Shown in pieces: positions 12,523 through 26,552 of a stretch of 64,000 nucleotides of DNA. The position numbers and the translations under genes are program-made. Source of the stretch: Eledone cirrhosa (lineage: Eukaryota); the NCBI GenBank assembly GCA_964016885.1, contig OZ024743.1:189782001-189846000 (forward strand), in the 5' to 3' direction. The stretch's first letter is position 1, and the number at the start of each line of letters is the position of its first letter. The notes under the pieces are model-generated. The model did no database searches. It was not told the origin of the DNA and saw only the letters and a list, made by a program, of their open reading frames with translations.

Positions 12523-13060
12523 TATCATCATCATTGTCGTTTTAATGTCTGGTTTCCCTGGTAGCAAGGGATGGACATGTCTATATAGACCAATTCTATA
12601 TTGAAGTGGAGCTACAGACCTCCCAAGCAAGCCATGCTTATGTACAGGCTCACATTCCATTGAGTACTCAGGAGATGTTGTCATGGCTTTTACACAACTG
12701 AGTGTCCTCCAAACCCTTTGTTTGGCATTATTTCTATGGCTGGATGCCATTCCTATCACCAACCACTTTACAATGTGTACTGGGTGCACTTATTGTGTTA
12801 ATCACCAACACTAAGGAGGTTGTGATGTCCTTGATATGACTGGAGGGTTCTCCCAACCCCTTGTCTGGCAATTTTTCTATGGCTGGATGCCTTTCCTATC
12901 ACTAACCACTTTACAGTGTGTACTGGGTGTGTATATTGTGTAGATCACCAATACTAGGTAGGCTGTCATGTCCATGACATGACTGCAGTGTCCTCCCAAC
13001 CATTTATATTTTGTTTGCTTGGTAAGCTCTCTATAGCTGGAAGCCCTTCCTATCACCAAC
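12523..13060 (-). mobile_element. RTE-type 3' tail with tandem ~170 bp subrepeats
   Basis: three copies of a motif like ggctggatgcc.ttcctatcaccaacca; (CAT)n end. Confidence 0.6.
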
Positions 13061-14497
13061 CAGTCAGTACTTAAGTGGAGTCTCTGACGTCTAGGTAGAC
13101 ATTTAGTGGGTGGTGGTGGTGGCTAATATACAATGCAATGCTCTAGTGAACACATTTTGTCAAGTCCCCAAAACTAGGGAAACTTACTGTTTTTATTTCT
13201 CCATTACAACTTGGTTGTAGAGTTTTCTAATATCAAGCACACACATAATAATTCATATTTTTAGAAATGAAAGCCATGGCACCAACAGCAACACTAGTAT
13301 CACAAATGAGTGACTCTGTTGCTGTTAAATTCTTGAAAACAATTCATAGAAATATTAATCTTGCTTTCTTTAAATTTTTACAAGAAATTAAATAAATATA
13401 ACATTGACATAGTTTAAAACATCAGTTGAATGGTTTACTACAATAACTTCTGTTTTACCTCTTGCTTTTATGGTAAACTAGGAAGATGATAAGCTCCAAC
13501 TTGGCCAAGAATCTGTTTAAGATTAGTAAATATAGTGCCATAATGTATTCAAAGGATGTTGACTTTCTTTTCAGTAACACTAGTTGAGAAATGTCTAACT
13601 ATCTTTACAACAACAAATATATGACAAATAAAAGATAAAAAGAAACACTTTTGTTGCAACAGTTATATCTCCAACACTTCTCACAGTACAAAAATGACAT
13701 CAATAACAATAAAACACACCTCTAGCAGTTAACAATAGCAGCTACAATATCAGCAGCAGTTTTACTACTGAGTTCTGCCTACTTGTTAGGTACTACTAGC
13801 AACAATAATAAATATATCTAAACATTCTGAATATAAACCTTCCCTGCCAGGTAAATTTAACATCATATAAAGATTCAGTTTTACAGCTATAGATAGCGAA
13901 GACATAGCATAAAGGCAGAATGTTTTGTTGTCTTGAAACACTAATAAAAAAAAAAATCTTGCAAAAGGAAAAGATAAACAAAGAAAAAAAAAACATAGTG
14001 CAGTGTGAAAGTGGGGATGCAGCAATAAAACAACAACAATAACATAAGCAGCAATATCAAAGATTTTACATAAGCACCACCTGAAATGTTATATTTTCTT
14101 TTTTCTCATGGCACACCAATATATTCTACTTATGTACGTTAATATAATTACCAGCATCAGGATTTCCCAAAGTTTTATGATCTGATAATATACTTTAAGA
14201 GAAAATGAGTCTTAATGACAACCATAAAAAAATACTAGAAATAGAAGAAAGCTAGACACAAACAAATGAATTCATTAGATAAAGTAAAAACAAAGGAAAT
14301 AAATTTTGAAAAAAAGAATATTTGCTGCATTTCTTTCTTTTTTGACTAAGAAAATGGCAGAAGACTCTTAATTTCATTGTTGAATAATTGAATTTTTAAA
14401 ACAAATGAAGACTGTAAAATATATAAGAAAAAATATCTTTATATTCTTCTGATGTACACCCACACAAACATGCACACATGCTCACACATGCATACAG

Positions 14498-14529
<32 letters not shown>

Positions 14530-14534
14530 GTGTA

Positions 14535-14585
<51 letters not shown>

Positions 14586-14796
14586 TCATTCATCATCATT
14601 TATATGATATATATATCATGATATATATATATATATATATATAATATATAATCATATATATATATATAATCATCATCATCATATATATATATATAGTCAT
14701 CATCATCATCGTTTAATGTATATCTTCCAAGCTAATATATATATATATATATGCATATATGTATATATATATATATATGTATGTATATATATATGT

Positions 14797-17700
14797 ATCA
14801 TCATCATCATCATCATCAGGTTTAGCGTCCGTGTTCCACGCTTGCATGGGTTTGGACGGGGGTTTTCCCACTTGAGGCAAGAGTGGTTGTCTTGCTCGCA
14901 TAGGACTGTCTGGCAGGTTTTCTACAGTTGGATGCCCTTCCTAACACCAACCACATTTACAGTGTGGGGCTGGGAGGTTTTTACCGTGTTGCCTACACGG
15001 CCACATTACAGCGTGGACTGTCTGGCGGGTTTTCTACAGCTGGATGCCCTTCCTAACACCAACCACATTTACAGTGTGGGGCTGGGAGGTTTTTACCGTG
15101 TTGCCTACACGGCCACATTTACAGCGTGGACTGTGTGTTTTTTTGTCGTGACACCTACACGATCTCATTTGTTTCGGCCTGGATGTTGTGGGACCAACAT
15201 AACTTTACATTGAAAGGGGCGGTGTGGATGGGGTGGAGGTGGTGGGACGGGGGGGTGTTTTGATAGAGATGCCTACTGACTGTAGTAGGTTTTTACTTTG
15301 TATTTAGGTAAGGCGGGTCTTCTCTATTACTGAGTACCGCCAAAGGTCTCGGTCCAGTGACATTGTCTTGGAGAGGTGTAAGCGTGTGAGGTCGGAATTT
15401 ATCAGCTCGTCCCATGTTTTTCTGGGTCTGCCTACTCCGTGGCTACCGTCTATCTTTATTGCCCTGCACTTTGTTATACAGCTGTCGTCTTTCATGCGCA
15501 TCACGTGACCGTACCAACGTAGCCTTCTCTTGAGTAAACAACATCTGATCCCTCTTATTTCTAATTTTTTCCTCAGTTCGTTTATGCTTTGCCGTTCACG
15601 TATATTACTATTGCACATCCAGCGGAGCATGCAAGCTTCGTTCCTCTCTAGTCTGCGTATATCCTCTGCACACAATACCCAGGTCTCACTGCCATGCAGC
15701 ATTGCTGTTCGTATGCAGGCATCGTATAACCTGCCTTTCATTTTTAGGGAGAACCCTCTAGCGGCTAATAGTGGTATAAGCTCTCTGAACTTTTTCCATC
15801 CAGTTCTCACTCTAGCTACTCTACTTGCAGAGCACCCTCCCCCACTGCTGATTTTGTCACCCAGGTAACGGAAGCTGTCCACAATTTCTATAGAACCCTC
15901 TGCGCAGTTGAAGGAGCTAGTATTTTGTGGGCAATTGCTGCTACTTATTGCACCAGAGCACCGGCCACATGTAAAATCTATGTTCTTAGTTAGCTTACCT
16001 GTGATCCCACTACATCTTTTATGCACCCATACTTTGCATTTGGGACATAAAATGGAGTTTCTACCTACGCCTTTCCTACACACTGAGCATGGCCATTTCC
16101 CAGATGGGACTGCCGCCTTATTTTCTTTCCTACAAACTAGAACTTTAGTCTTAGCCAGGTTAATTTTAAGGCTTTTTGATTCTAGGCCGTGCTTCCATGT
16201 TTGGAATTTCTTCTCTAGTTCAGTCATTGATTCAGCTATGAGCGTTAGATCATCTGCGTATAGGAGTTCCCATGGGCAGCCGGTCTTGAACTCCTCTGTT
16301 ATAGCCTGAAGGGCAATAATAAATAGTAGGGGGCTAAGAACAGAGCCCTGATGTACACCAACTTTTACCCTAAACTCTTCACTATATTCGTTGTTAATTC
16401 TAACCTTACTGACTGTTTCTTTATACATGGCTTGTATAGCTCTCACAAGCCATTCGTCAACACCTAGTTTTCTAAGAGACCACCAGATAATGGAACGGGG
16501 GACTCTGTCGAAGGCTTTCTCCAAGTCGACGAAAGCTAAGTATAGGGGTTTACTTTTAGCTAGGTACTTCTCCTGTAGTTGTCGTACAATGAAAAGAGCG
16601 TCTGTGGTACTTTTGCCTGACACAAATCCGAACTACATTTCATCTAGATCAATTCTCTCTCTGATTAGTTGCGCTATTACTTTTTCCGTGACCTTCATGA
16701 CCTGGTCGATTAATTTAATGCCTCTATAGTTACTCCTATCTAGGGCATCTCCTTTTCCCTTATAGCAGTTAACGATGATGCTGCTACGCCAGTCTTTCGG
16801 AACAACCCATTCTGTACGACTTGGTTAACTATCCGGGTGACCATGGTGTGTCCCACCGAACCAGATGCCTTCAGCATCTCAGCAACTATTTCCGAAGGAC
16901 CAGCCGCCTTACCCGTCTTCATATCTTTGATTGCCTTGCTTATTGTACTACCCTGGACTAACACTGCTGGTTCCTCTATTGGGTCGATGTGGGGGAGACT
17001 GTCTTTCTCCCATTTGTTCTCCTCATTTAGAAGCCTTTCGTAGTGACACTTCCAAGCTACCTTCTTATCAGCGTCGGTGATGGCAAGTATGCCATCATCG
17101 TTAAGTACACACTTCTCCCCGACAATATCACGGTTTTCCTTGACACATTGCCTGGCAATCCTGAACACCTCACGTTTTTGGTCCTCACGTTGTAGAACAT
17201 GCTTGAACTTTCTTTCCTCTGCTTCCCTTCTTGCGAAGTACACTTGTCTCCTAGCTTCTCTCCTGGCCACTTGATAGTCTTCTCTACTTCCCCCATCCCG
17301 CCATGCTTTCCAAGCCTGCTTTTTGGCCTTAATTGACTCCTCCACCTTACTGTTCCACCACCATGTTACTCTCCTCCTACCTACAGGCCTGCTCCAGCCA
17401 CAGACTTCGTCTGCCACCGTCAGCAGGTTTGCTCTCAGGAATTCCCACTGTTCCTCTATATTATACGACTCTAATTGCTCTTCCTTACTGTCGAAAGCGT
17501 CAAGTAATATGCTTTGAAATTTATTTCTGGCTATGGGGTCCTTTAGCTTCCATATTTTTCTCCTGAGGATAGTCCTCTTCCGCTGTCTAGTACGTCTCGT
17601 CCTGACTATGAGGTCGCTAATTATCAGTCTATGTTGGGAGGTGAATTCTTCATGGGGGAGGGATTTAGTGTTAACAACAGACACTCTGTCACGTCTTCTG

Positions 17701-18410
17701 GTAAGGATATCATCTACCTGGCTTGTGTGTTCCCCCGATCTATAGGTGATCAAGTGATTGTCTCGTTTTTTGAAGTTAGTGTTACAGATAGTTAAGTTAT
17801 TTGCGTCGCAGAATTCCAGGATTCTGGAGCCTTCCTCATTTCTAGTACCGAACCCATAGCCTCCATGGATTCCGTCATAGCCGTCACAATGTTGTCCAAC
17901 GTGACCATTTAGGTCGCCTGCAATAACTATATAGTCACTGTCGGTTATTTGGGAGGTAGCGAGCATCAGTGTCTCGTAGAATCTGTCTTTTATAGCACCG
18001 GGCAGTCCGGATTGTGGTGCGTACGCAGATATTACTGTCACCGTAGTTTTATTGAGGACAAGTCTTATTTTAATTATTCTGTCGTTCACTCTATTTACGT
18101 CTATTATCTTATCTGCCCACTTTTCTGCTACCATGATTCCTACCCCACCCAACCCATTGTCATTTCCCACCCAGAAAAGCTTATAGCATCGTTCTTTACC
18201 CACGATGAATCTAGCCGACCCTCCCCTCCACCTGGTCTCTTGAATACAACAAACATCGACCTCCTTACGTTCAAGCATTTCTACAACCTCGTTAGAGCGA
18301 CCCTTTAAGGTGCCTACATTCATGGTACCAACTCTGAAGTTTTGGATTGCGTTTGGAGGGTGGGAGCAGTGGGGCGCGGGGGGGGGGGGAGGGTTATGTT
18401 AGCCATCCTG
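14797..18410 (-). mobile_element. Near full-length RTE-clade LINE (APE + RT with PHD finger)
   Basis: APE motifs NVGTL, CIQETRW, GDLNGH, SQHRL; RT DLEKAFD, HQGSVLSP, YADD; 3' UTR with two ~112 bp tandem units; (TGA)n tail. Confidence 0.95.
15304..18323 (-). pseudogene. RTE ORF (APE-RT-PHD), disrupted
   Basis: ORFs 16740-18323 and 15304-16623 join through a frameshift near 16805 and an in-frame TAG near 16634. Confidence 0.9.
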
Positions 18411-18438
18411 TATGTATATATATATATATATATGTATG

Positions 18439-18499
<61 letters not shown>

Positions 18500-18519
<20 letters not shown>

Positions 18520-18769
18520 AGATATATATAGTTCAATAATAAACAAGAAACAACACACAGATGCATATGCATCTATGTATAAAAATATATTGGTGAAGAC
18601 GACAGAATAACAAACAAAACAGAGAGAGTCCAAAATCTTCAGTCGATCACAGGAGATATGTTGTTTTAAGATCGATATAACTGGATTAAGCACACACACA
18701 CGCACAAACACACACGCATACACATATATATATATACATAAACATACATGTATCATATATATGTACATA

Positions 18770-18775
<6 letters not shown>
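18500..18775 (-). repeat. ~280 bp segment duplicated in inverted orientation at 25215-25490
   Basis: near-identical reverse complements, with matching ORF translations at 18394(-) and 25226(+). Confidence 0.9.
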
Positions 18776-18841
<66 letters not shown>

Positions 18842-18843
<2 letters not shown>

Positions 18844-19891
18844 GGGAGGGTGCTCTGAAAGTACAGTAGCTAGAGTCAGAACTGGATGGAAAAAGTTCAG
18901 AGAGCTTATACCACTATTAGCCGCTAAAGGGTTCTCCCTAAAAATGAAAGGCAGGTTATACGATGCCTTGCATACGAACAGCAATGCTGCATGGCAGTGA
19001 GACCTGGGCATTGTGTACAGAGGATATACGCAGACTAGAGAGGAACGAAGCTTGCATGCTCCGCTGGATGCGCGATAGTAATATACGTGAACGGCAAAGC
19101 ATAAACGAACTAAGGAAAAAATTAGAAATAAGAGGGATCAGATGTTGTTTACTCGAGAGAAGGCTACGTTGGTACGGTCACGTGATGCGCATGAAAGACG
19201 ACAGCTGTATAACAAAGTGCAGGGCAATAAAGATAGACGGTAGCCACGGAGTAGTCAGACCCAGAAAAACATGGGACGAGCTGATAAATTCCGACCTCAC
19301 ACGCTTACACCTCTCCAAGACAATGTCACTGGACCGAGACCTTTGGCGGTACTCAGTAATAGAGAAGACCCGCCTTACCTAAATACAAAGTAAAAACCTA
19401 CTACAGTCAGTAGGCATCTCTATCAAAACATACCCCCGTCCCACCACCTCCACCCCACCCACACCGCCCCTTTCAATGTAAAGTTATGTTGGTCCCACAA
19501 CATCCAGGCCGAAACAAATGATATCGTGTAGGTGTCACGACAAAAAAACACACAGTCCACGCTGTAAATGTGGCCGTGTAGGCAACACGGTAAAAACCTC
19601 CCAGCCCCACACTGTAAATGTGGTTGGTGTTAGGAAGGGCATCCAGCTGTAGAAAACCCGCCAGATAGTCCACGCTGTAATGTGGCCGTGTAGGCAACAC
19701 GGTAAAAACCTCCCAGCCCCACACTGTAAATGTGGTTGGTGTTAGGAAGGGCATCCAACTGTAGAAAACCTGCCAGACAGTCCTATGCGAGCAAGACAAC
19801 CACTCTTGCCTCAAGTGGGAAAACCCCTGTCCAAACCCATGCAAGCGTGGAACACGGACGCTAAACCTGATGATGATGATGATGATGATGA
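18842..19891 (+). mobile_element. 5'-truncated copy of the 14797-18410 RTE
   Basis: near-identical to the reverse complement of 14797-15843, with scattered substitutions and a frameshift near 18968; (TGA)n tail. Confidence 0.95.
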
Positions 19892-19898
19892 TATATAT

Positions 19899-20030
19899 AT
19901 AAATTAATAAAATAATGAATAAACAAAGAAACAGTTCCTTATATTAAAAAATTCATCATTTTACGATCGTTTCTAGGATATATATGTGTTAGAGTTGGTA
20001 TGCATATTCTATAGATCTATGTACAAATAT
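19899..20030 (-). repeat. Inverted partial pLTR at the 5' end of the Naiad element
   Basis: reverse complement of ~20826-20958 (HHR helix II apex to 64 nt past the cleavage site). Confidence 0.9.
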
Positions 20031-20054
20031 ATATATATATATATGTGTGTATAA

Positions 20055-20130
<76 letters not shown>

Positions 20131-20761
20131 TTTATATTCTTTTAATTTCCCCTCATCTTTAACAGCACTTTTCAACTGCATCTAACTCTTATTTATCATA
20201 TCTATATGTATTAGTATAATTTTATCAATATAAATATACCCATCAATTAAATTAATTTATATTCTATTCATACATGTATTTTTTTCACTAACATTCTTAT
20301 CTTAAAACTTTAGTCACCTTAGATATTTGTATTGGCATTACTATTTTATAACAGCAACTGCTTGTATACCTTTTACTGACCACCTGACCTATTTACACCC
20401 CTAAAATAAGCTTCAATTACTACTATTTTACCACTTGGCCAATTATTAACTTTCTATTGGTTAATTCTAAACCTCTTACCAAACAGACAGAATATATTAG
20501 ATCTTTGTTGGTTTTATTCAATGAACAAATAAAATTATTTCTGAGGTCAGCATAAGACCTATTTCTTCCCTAAAATAATCCTTCATTCATAATATTCTTT
20601 TCCATCCAAAACTGAAATCTACCTTCCTCTACCCATAATTTAAGGTTCTTCTACTACTATATTACTATCCTGACCCTCACTATCTCTCTATTGGTCAATT
20701 CAAAACCTGTTCCCAAGTAGACCTATTGTATTGAATCTTTGTTTTTTTCAATAAACAAATA

Positions 20762-20903
20762 TCATTATTTCTGAAGACAGCATATATATGTGTAGGTATG
20801 TATATTCCCTCTGATAGTTTGTATAAATATTGTACATAGATCTATAGAATATGCATACCAACTCTAACACATATATATCCTAGAAACGATCGTAAAATGA
20901 TGA
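20762..20903 (+). ncRNA. Type I hammerhead with long helix II (5' pLTR)
   Basis: 9 bp helix I tcattattt/aaatgatga; canonical CUGAAGA; helix II with atatatatgtgt/acacatatatat and ggtatgtatattc/gaatatgcatacc; GAAA cgatcg; GUA. Confidence 0.85.
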
Positions 20904-21238
20904 ATTTTTTTAATATAAGGAACTGTTTCTTTGTTTATTCATTATATTATTAATTTATCTTGACTCTGTTTTCCGTTTATTTTTCACCGAAATAGTTTTT
21001 GAATGCATCTTCTCTTTTCATGATATCCGGATTATATTGAGTTCTTCATACGGATTGGACACTACCGTAAACTTTTGGTAGATTTATCTACATACTTTGC
21101 TCCTATTTTCATGGGGATATTCTTATTTTTATATTGTATGTGTATATATATTTATATATATATACATATATGTGTATAACTTTATAACTCCATATACGAA
21201 TAGTTGAGCTCTTTTTCTTATCCATTATCCATATCACA

Positions 21239-23688
21239 ATGGAAAAACAATACTTGGGAACTTCTTTAAAGAATATACCATTACCTTCTAAGGATGATTT
21301 CTTACTTCTTATGATACAAAAAACCAACCAATTTATCAGAAGAATCAGATGGAGGGCCTACCACTTCGATAAAAAAACAAAATGTACTGATAGGAAATAT
21401 TTGTATGATTTCACTACATATAAAAATCCACCACACAACTCCTTACTTGAAAACTTTGAGAAAGACCTTTTTAATTTAATCAAACACCTCAAATTTAAGA
21501 GGTATAAATCTAATTTTCAAAAGGACCTTGATTCTACCCTATTGGACCTAAAAAAATATAAAAAAATCCATGTCCACTCGGACAAAACTGGAAATCTATA
21601 TCACAGGGATATTGAAAATTACAATGAGTTCATATATAAAGAACTCAGGAAAAATTATAGAAAAACAAATAATGCGTCACTTACCAACATCAACAACAAA
21701 ACACACAGCATAGTGAATAGACTTAATATTGAAGATAGAACTGAACCTTTGGCATTGAAAAGACCACACTTCAATCTGAAAGATCATAAATCTAACTTTA
21801 ACTCTAATCCTTCTATAAGGCTTATATGCCTTTCCAAATCTGATATTGGAATAATTAGTAAAAAAATTTTAGATAGAGTCATCCCACCACTAAGAAAACA
21901 TGTTAATTTACCACTCTGGGAAAACACATCCCAGGTAATTAACTGGTTAAATAATATTAGAAATAAATCCTCTGCTTCATTTCTACAATTTGATATAGAT
22001 AATTATTATTATTCTATATCACCTATACTCCTGAACAAAGCCTTGATATTTGCTAAAAATAGATCTAACTTAACTTTGGATGACATTAATATTATTACAC
22101 ATGCTAGACTAACACTATTGGAATTTCAGAATAAATACTGGACCAGAAACACATATAGTAATCTATTCGATATTACTATGGGCTCAAGCGATTCTGCCCA
22201 AATTACTGATCTTGTAGGCCTCTTTCTTCTTTTTAACATAAATGCTTCTTTTCCCCACCTTAAAGGTGGTTTATATCGTGACCACTGTCTTCTTCTTTCC
22301 AATAACCTTAGCCTCTCAGAGATAGAAAAAAATAAAAAGCTTATTAGAACTTTCCACAAAGACTATTATAGTCTAGATATTACATTTGAAAACACAAGTA
22401 AAGTAGTTAATTTCCTAGATATAACATTAGACTTATCTACGGGTATCTACCAACCTTACCATAAACCCAACCAAAATTTACACTACATACACTCACAATC
22501 TAATCACCCTAAATCTATCCTTAAAAACCTTGCATATAATATATCACTTAGAATTTCTAACCTTTCGTCTAACCAAGATGTATTTGATAAAAATGCGACC
22601 TTTTATAACGAAGCTCTAGCTAGAAGTGGCCACAAAAATAGATTAGTATATATACCTTCTACCAATAACACTACAAACATACAACCTAATATTACCAACA
22701 AACACCAAATGAAACATACACACCTAAATGCCACTCACAATATACCCCAAAACACCAACATAAAACCAAATTTCTCTAACTCTTCTAATATACAGTATAG
22801 TAACTCTCAAAAAACTACTCATCCTACAACTCTAATAAATGTTAATAATAAAACTCCTAATAAACAAGCTAAAACACCTAAATCAATAAACTAAAAATGT
22901 GTGTGGTGAGGTCATTAACAATAATTCTCTTAATAAACATCAGGATGCATCCTAAAAAAACAATAAACAACATCGAAACCGTAATAGACGAGTTACTTGG
23001 TACAATGCTCCATTTAATTTACAAATTAAGGATAATATACCTAAAAATTTTTTTAATATCCTAGAGAAAAACTTCCCGCCAAACCACAAATACCATCAAA
23101 TCTTAAATAGATCAACGGTTAAATTCTCCTACTCAACAACCAAAAACATAAAACAAAATATAAGTGCCTATAATGCATATAAATGTAAAAAAAACCATGA
23201 GTATACCACCAGTACATCAAACTAACCATAATATCTCCTCAGATACAGGATTCACGAAAAGTTGTAACTGTAGAAACAAGGCAAACTGTCCATTAAAAGG
23301 AAATTGCCTTGTTAATAACATAGTATATAAATGTAAAGTTAACACTAAGGACTCAATTTATTCATATATAGGAGCTACCTCTAACAAATTTAAGGTAAGA
23401 TTTAATACCCACAAACATAGTTTTAAAAATGCCGCACTAGCTAATACAACATCTCTAGCTGAAATAATAAATAGTTATAGAAAGAGGAATATAGAATATG
23501 ACCTGACATGGAGTGTGCTCAAAAGGGCCACCCCTTATCAAAATAGTAGAAATGAATGTAGATTATGTTCCCAAGAACTTTTTGAAATAATGAAATCTAA
23601 GGATATCCTATTAAATAAGCGACAGGAATTAATAATATCGTGTAATCATAAACTGAGAAAAACCTTTAAATATTATAAACCTAATTAA
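21239..23688 (+). pseudogene. Naiad RT + CxC-C-C linker + GIY-YIG endonuclease, disrupted
   Basis: LQFDI, ITMGSSDSA, GLYRDH (catalytic YRDD changed to YRDH), VNFLDITL, VTWYNAPF, CNCRNKANCPLKGNC, IVY...YIG, CRLC; frameshifts/stop at ~22890-22955 and ~23190. Confidence 0.9.
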
Positions 23689-24188
23689 TATACACTTTAG
23701 AAATTAATTTATAAATTATTTTTAATTTAGTTAACCTATAATTAATATTCTACTACTGATGAACTACATAATTTTGCTTTCCTTCTTACAAATATCATTT
23801 CCTAAAACTGATACCATTAAGTAAACATATATAATGCTTTAACTTCAGGTTATGACTCTATGTTCCTTGAAAACTATATATATTTACTATTTCTCACTAA
23901 TAAATTTAATCCCCCCCCCCCAATAATTATATGTATATATAAGTGTATATGTGTGTGTATATATATGTGTATGTATGTATATGTGCATGTATATATCTAT
24001 GTATATATATATATATATATATGTGTGTGTATATATATGTATATATATATGTATATATGTGTGTATGTGTGTGTGTGTATGTGTATATATATGTATATAT
24101 ATATATATGTAAGTGTATATATATATAAATATATATGTATATGTGTGTATGTGTATATATATGTATATATATATATATGTGTGTATAA

Positions 24189-24224
<36 letters not shown>

Positions 24225-24855
24225 TTTATATTCTTTTAATTTCCCCTCATCTTTAACAGCACTTTTCAACTGCATCTAACTCTCATTTATCATATCTATA
24301 TGTATTAGTATAATTTTATCAATATAAATATACCCATCAATTAAATTAATTTATATTCTTTTCATACATGTATTTTTTTCACTAACATTCTTATCTTAAA
24401 ACTTTAGTCACCTTAGATATTTGTATTGGCATTACTATTTTATAACAGCAACTACTTGTATACCTTTTACTGATCACCTGACCTATTTACACCCCTAAAA
24501 TAAGCTTCAATTACTACTATTTTACCATTTGGCCAATTATTAACTTTCTATTGGTTAATTCTAAACCTCTTACCAAACAGACAGAATATATTAGATCTTT
24601 GTTGGTTTTATTCAATGAACAAATAAAATTATTTCTGAGGTCAGCATAAGACCTATTTCTTCCCTAAAATAATCCTTCATTCATAATATTCTTTTCCATC
24701 CAAAACTGAAATCTACCTTCCTCTACCCATAATTTAAGGTTCTTCTACTACTATATTACTATCCTGACCCTAACTATCTCTCTATTGGTCAATTCAAAAC
24801 CTGTTCCCAAACAGACCTATTGTATTGAATCTTTGTTTTTTTCAATAAACAAATA

Positions 24856-24997
24856 TCATTATTTCTGAAGACAGCATATATATGTGTAGGTATGTATATT
24901 CCCTCTGATAGTTTGTATAAATATTGTACATAGATCTATAGAATATGCATACCAACTCTAACACATATATATCCTAGAAACGATCGTAAAATGATGA
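24856..24997 (+). ncRNA. Type I hammerhead with long helix II (3' pLTR)
   Basis: copy of 20762-20903, 4094 bp downstream. Confidence 0.85.
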
Positions 24998-25184
24998 ATT
25001 TTTTTAATATAAGGAACTGTTTCTTTGTTTATTCATTATTTTATTAATTTATCTTGACTCTGTTTTCCGTTTATTTTTCACCGAAAGTAGTTTTTGAATG
25101 CATCTTCTCTTTTCATGATATCCGGATTACATTGAGTTCTTCATACGGATTGGACACTACCGTAAACTTTTGGTAGATTTATCT

Positions 25185-25222
<38 letters not shown>

Positions 25223-25535
25223 TCTATGTACATATATATGATACATGTATGTTTATGTATATATACATATGTGTATGCGTCTGTGTTTGTGCGTGTGTGT
25301 GTGCTTAATCCAGTTATATCGATCTTAAAACAACATATCTCCTGTGATCGACTGAAGATTTTGGACTCTCTCTGTTTTGTTTGTTATTCTGTCGTCTTCA
25401 CCAATATATTTTTATACATAGATGCATATGCATCTGTGTGTTGTTTCTTGTTTATTATTGAACTATATATATCTATATCTCTCTCTCTATATATATATAT
25501 ATATATACCTATATATATATATATATATATACATA

Positions 25536-25650
25536 TGAGTTCAAATCCCGCCGAGGTTGACTTTGCCTTTCATCCTTACGGGGTCGATAAAATAAAGTAC
25601 CAGTAATGCACTGGGTAATTGCTGGCCTTGTGCCTAAAGTAGAAACAATT
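25536..25650 (+). mobile_element. tRNA-derived SINE family 2, 5'-truncated
   Basis: gagttcaaatcccgccgaggttgactttgcctttcatcc...gtagaaacaatt, as at 61239-61411. Confidence 0.8.
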
Positions 25651-25939
25651 ATATATATATATATTTACACACACAAATTACTCGAATACACATTATATAA
25701 AGACTTTTTTTCAGTCTTGACAAATGTTTTTGCTGCCTAAAATAAATACATTCTTCATAAGAAATGCTATTTGATGGTGATTGATAAATAACAATAAGAA
25801 TTTAATTTGACTAAACACCTCACAGTTGATGTAAAAGAGAGAACACTTATACAGACACACACACATATCTATATATAGTACATACACACACATATATCTA
25901 TATACATCCAGTAGTACACATACACACACATATATATAT

Positions 25940-26552
25940 CACACCGTAAAGTGGTTGTGATGGCAACATAACAAAAAACACCAAGCCCACACACTTTAAA
26001 GTGGTTGTGTAGTCATCACAGCAAAAAGAACACAGGCCTCACTGAAGAGTGATTGTGTAGGTGTCACAACAAAAAAGCACCCAGCCCACAGTGTGAAATG
26101 GTTATATAAGAGTCACGACAAAAAGCAAACATGGTAAATATGGTTCACATTAGGATGGGCATCTAGCCATAGAAACCAAGTCAGAAACAGTTTTGTGTGA
26201 GCAAGACACAGTCACCTGACCCAAGTTGCCCTAAACGAGATAACCCGTCTAACCTATGCTAGCGTTGAAAAATGGATATTAAAATGATGATGATGATGAT
26301 ATTTCATATCATCATCATCATCATTTTACGTCCGCTTTTCCCTGCTTGCAAGGGTTGGACGGGTCCTATTCAGCACAGCATCTCTCCCCTTGTCACGGTC
26401 CTTTGTCATCTCCTCGGTGAGTTTCATCGATCTGAGGTCTGCTCTCACCACCTCCGCCCAGGATTTTCGTGGTCTACCTCTACTGCATCTTCTTTCTACT
26501 GGTATTTCTTGGCACTTCTTTACCCAGCGGTCATCCTCCATGCAGCTGAAGT
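25940..26552. mobile_element. Two tail-to-tail RTE 3' fragments
   Basis: plus-strand tail ending (TGA)n at ~26300; minus-strand WVKKCQ...RGRPRKSW...RTRPT ending (CAT)n at ~26305. Confidence 0.7.

Larger units (their letters stand above)
20047..25187 (+). mobile_element. Naiad-type Penelope-like retroelement with direct pseudo-LTRs
   Basis: ~1 kb near-identical repeats 20047-21092 and 24181-25187 flank RT and GIY-YIG coding sequence; HHR in each repeat. Confidence 0.92.

Noticed and set aside
14905-15135. Regularly spaced repeats resembling a CRISPR array
   Set aside because: The intervening sequence is also repeated; these are RTE 3' UTR tandem units in eukaryotic DNA
23260-23310. Possible selenocysteine recoding, known from some Naiads
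   Set aside because: All linker cysteines are TGT/TGC; no in-frame TGA at these positions
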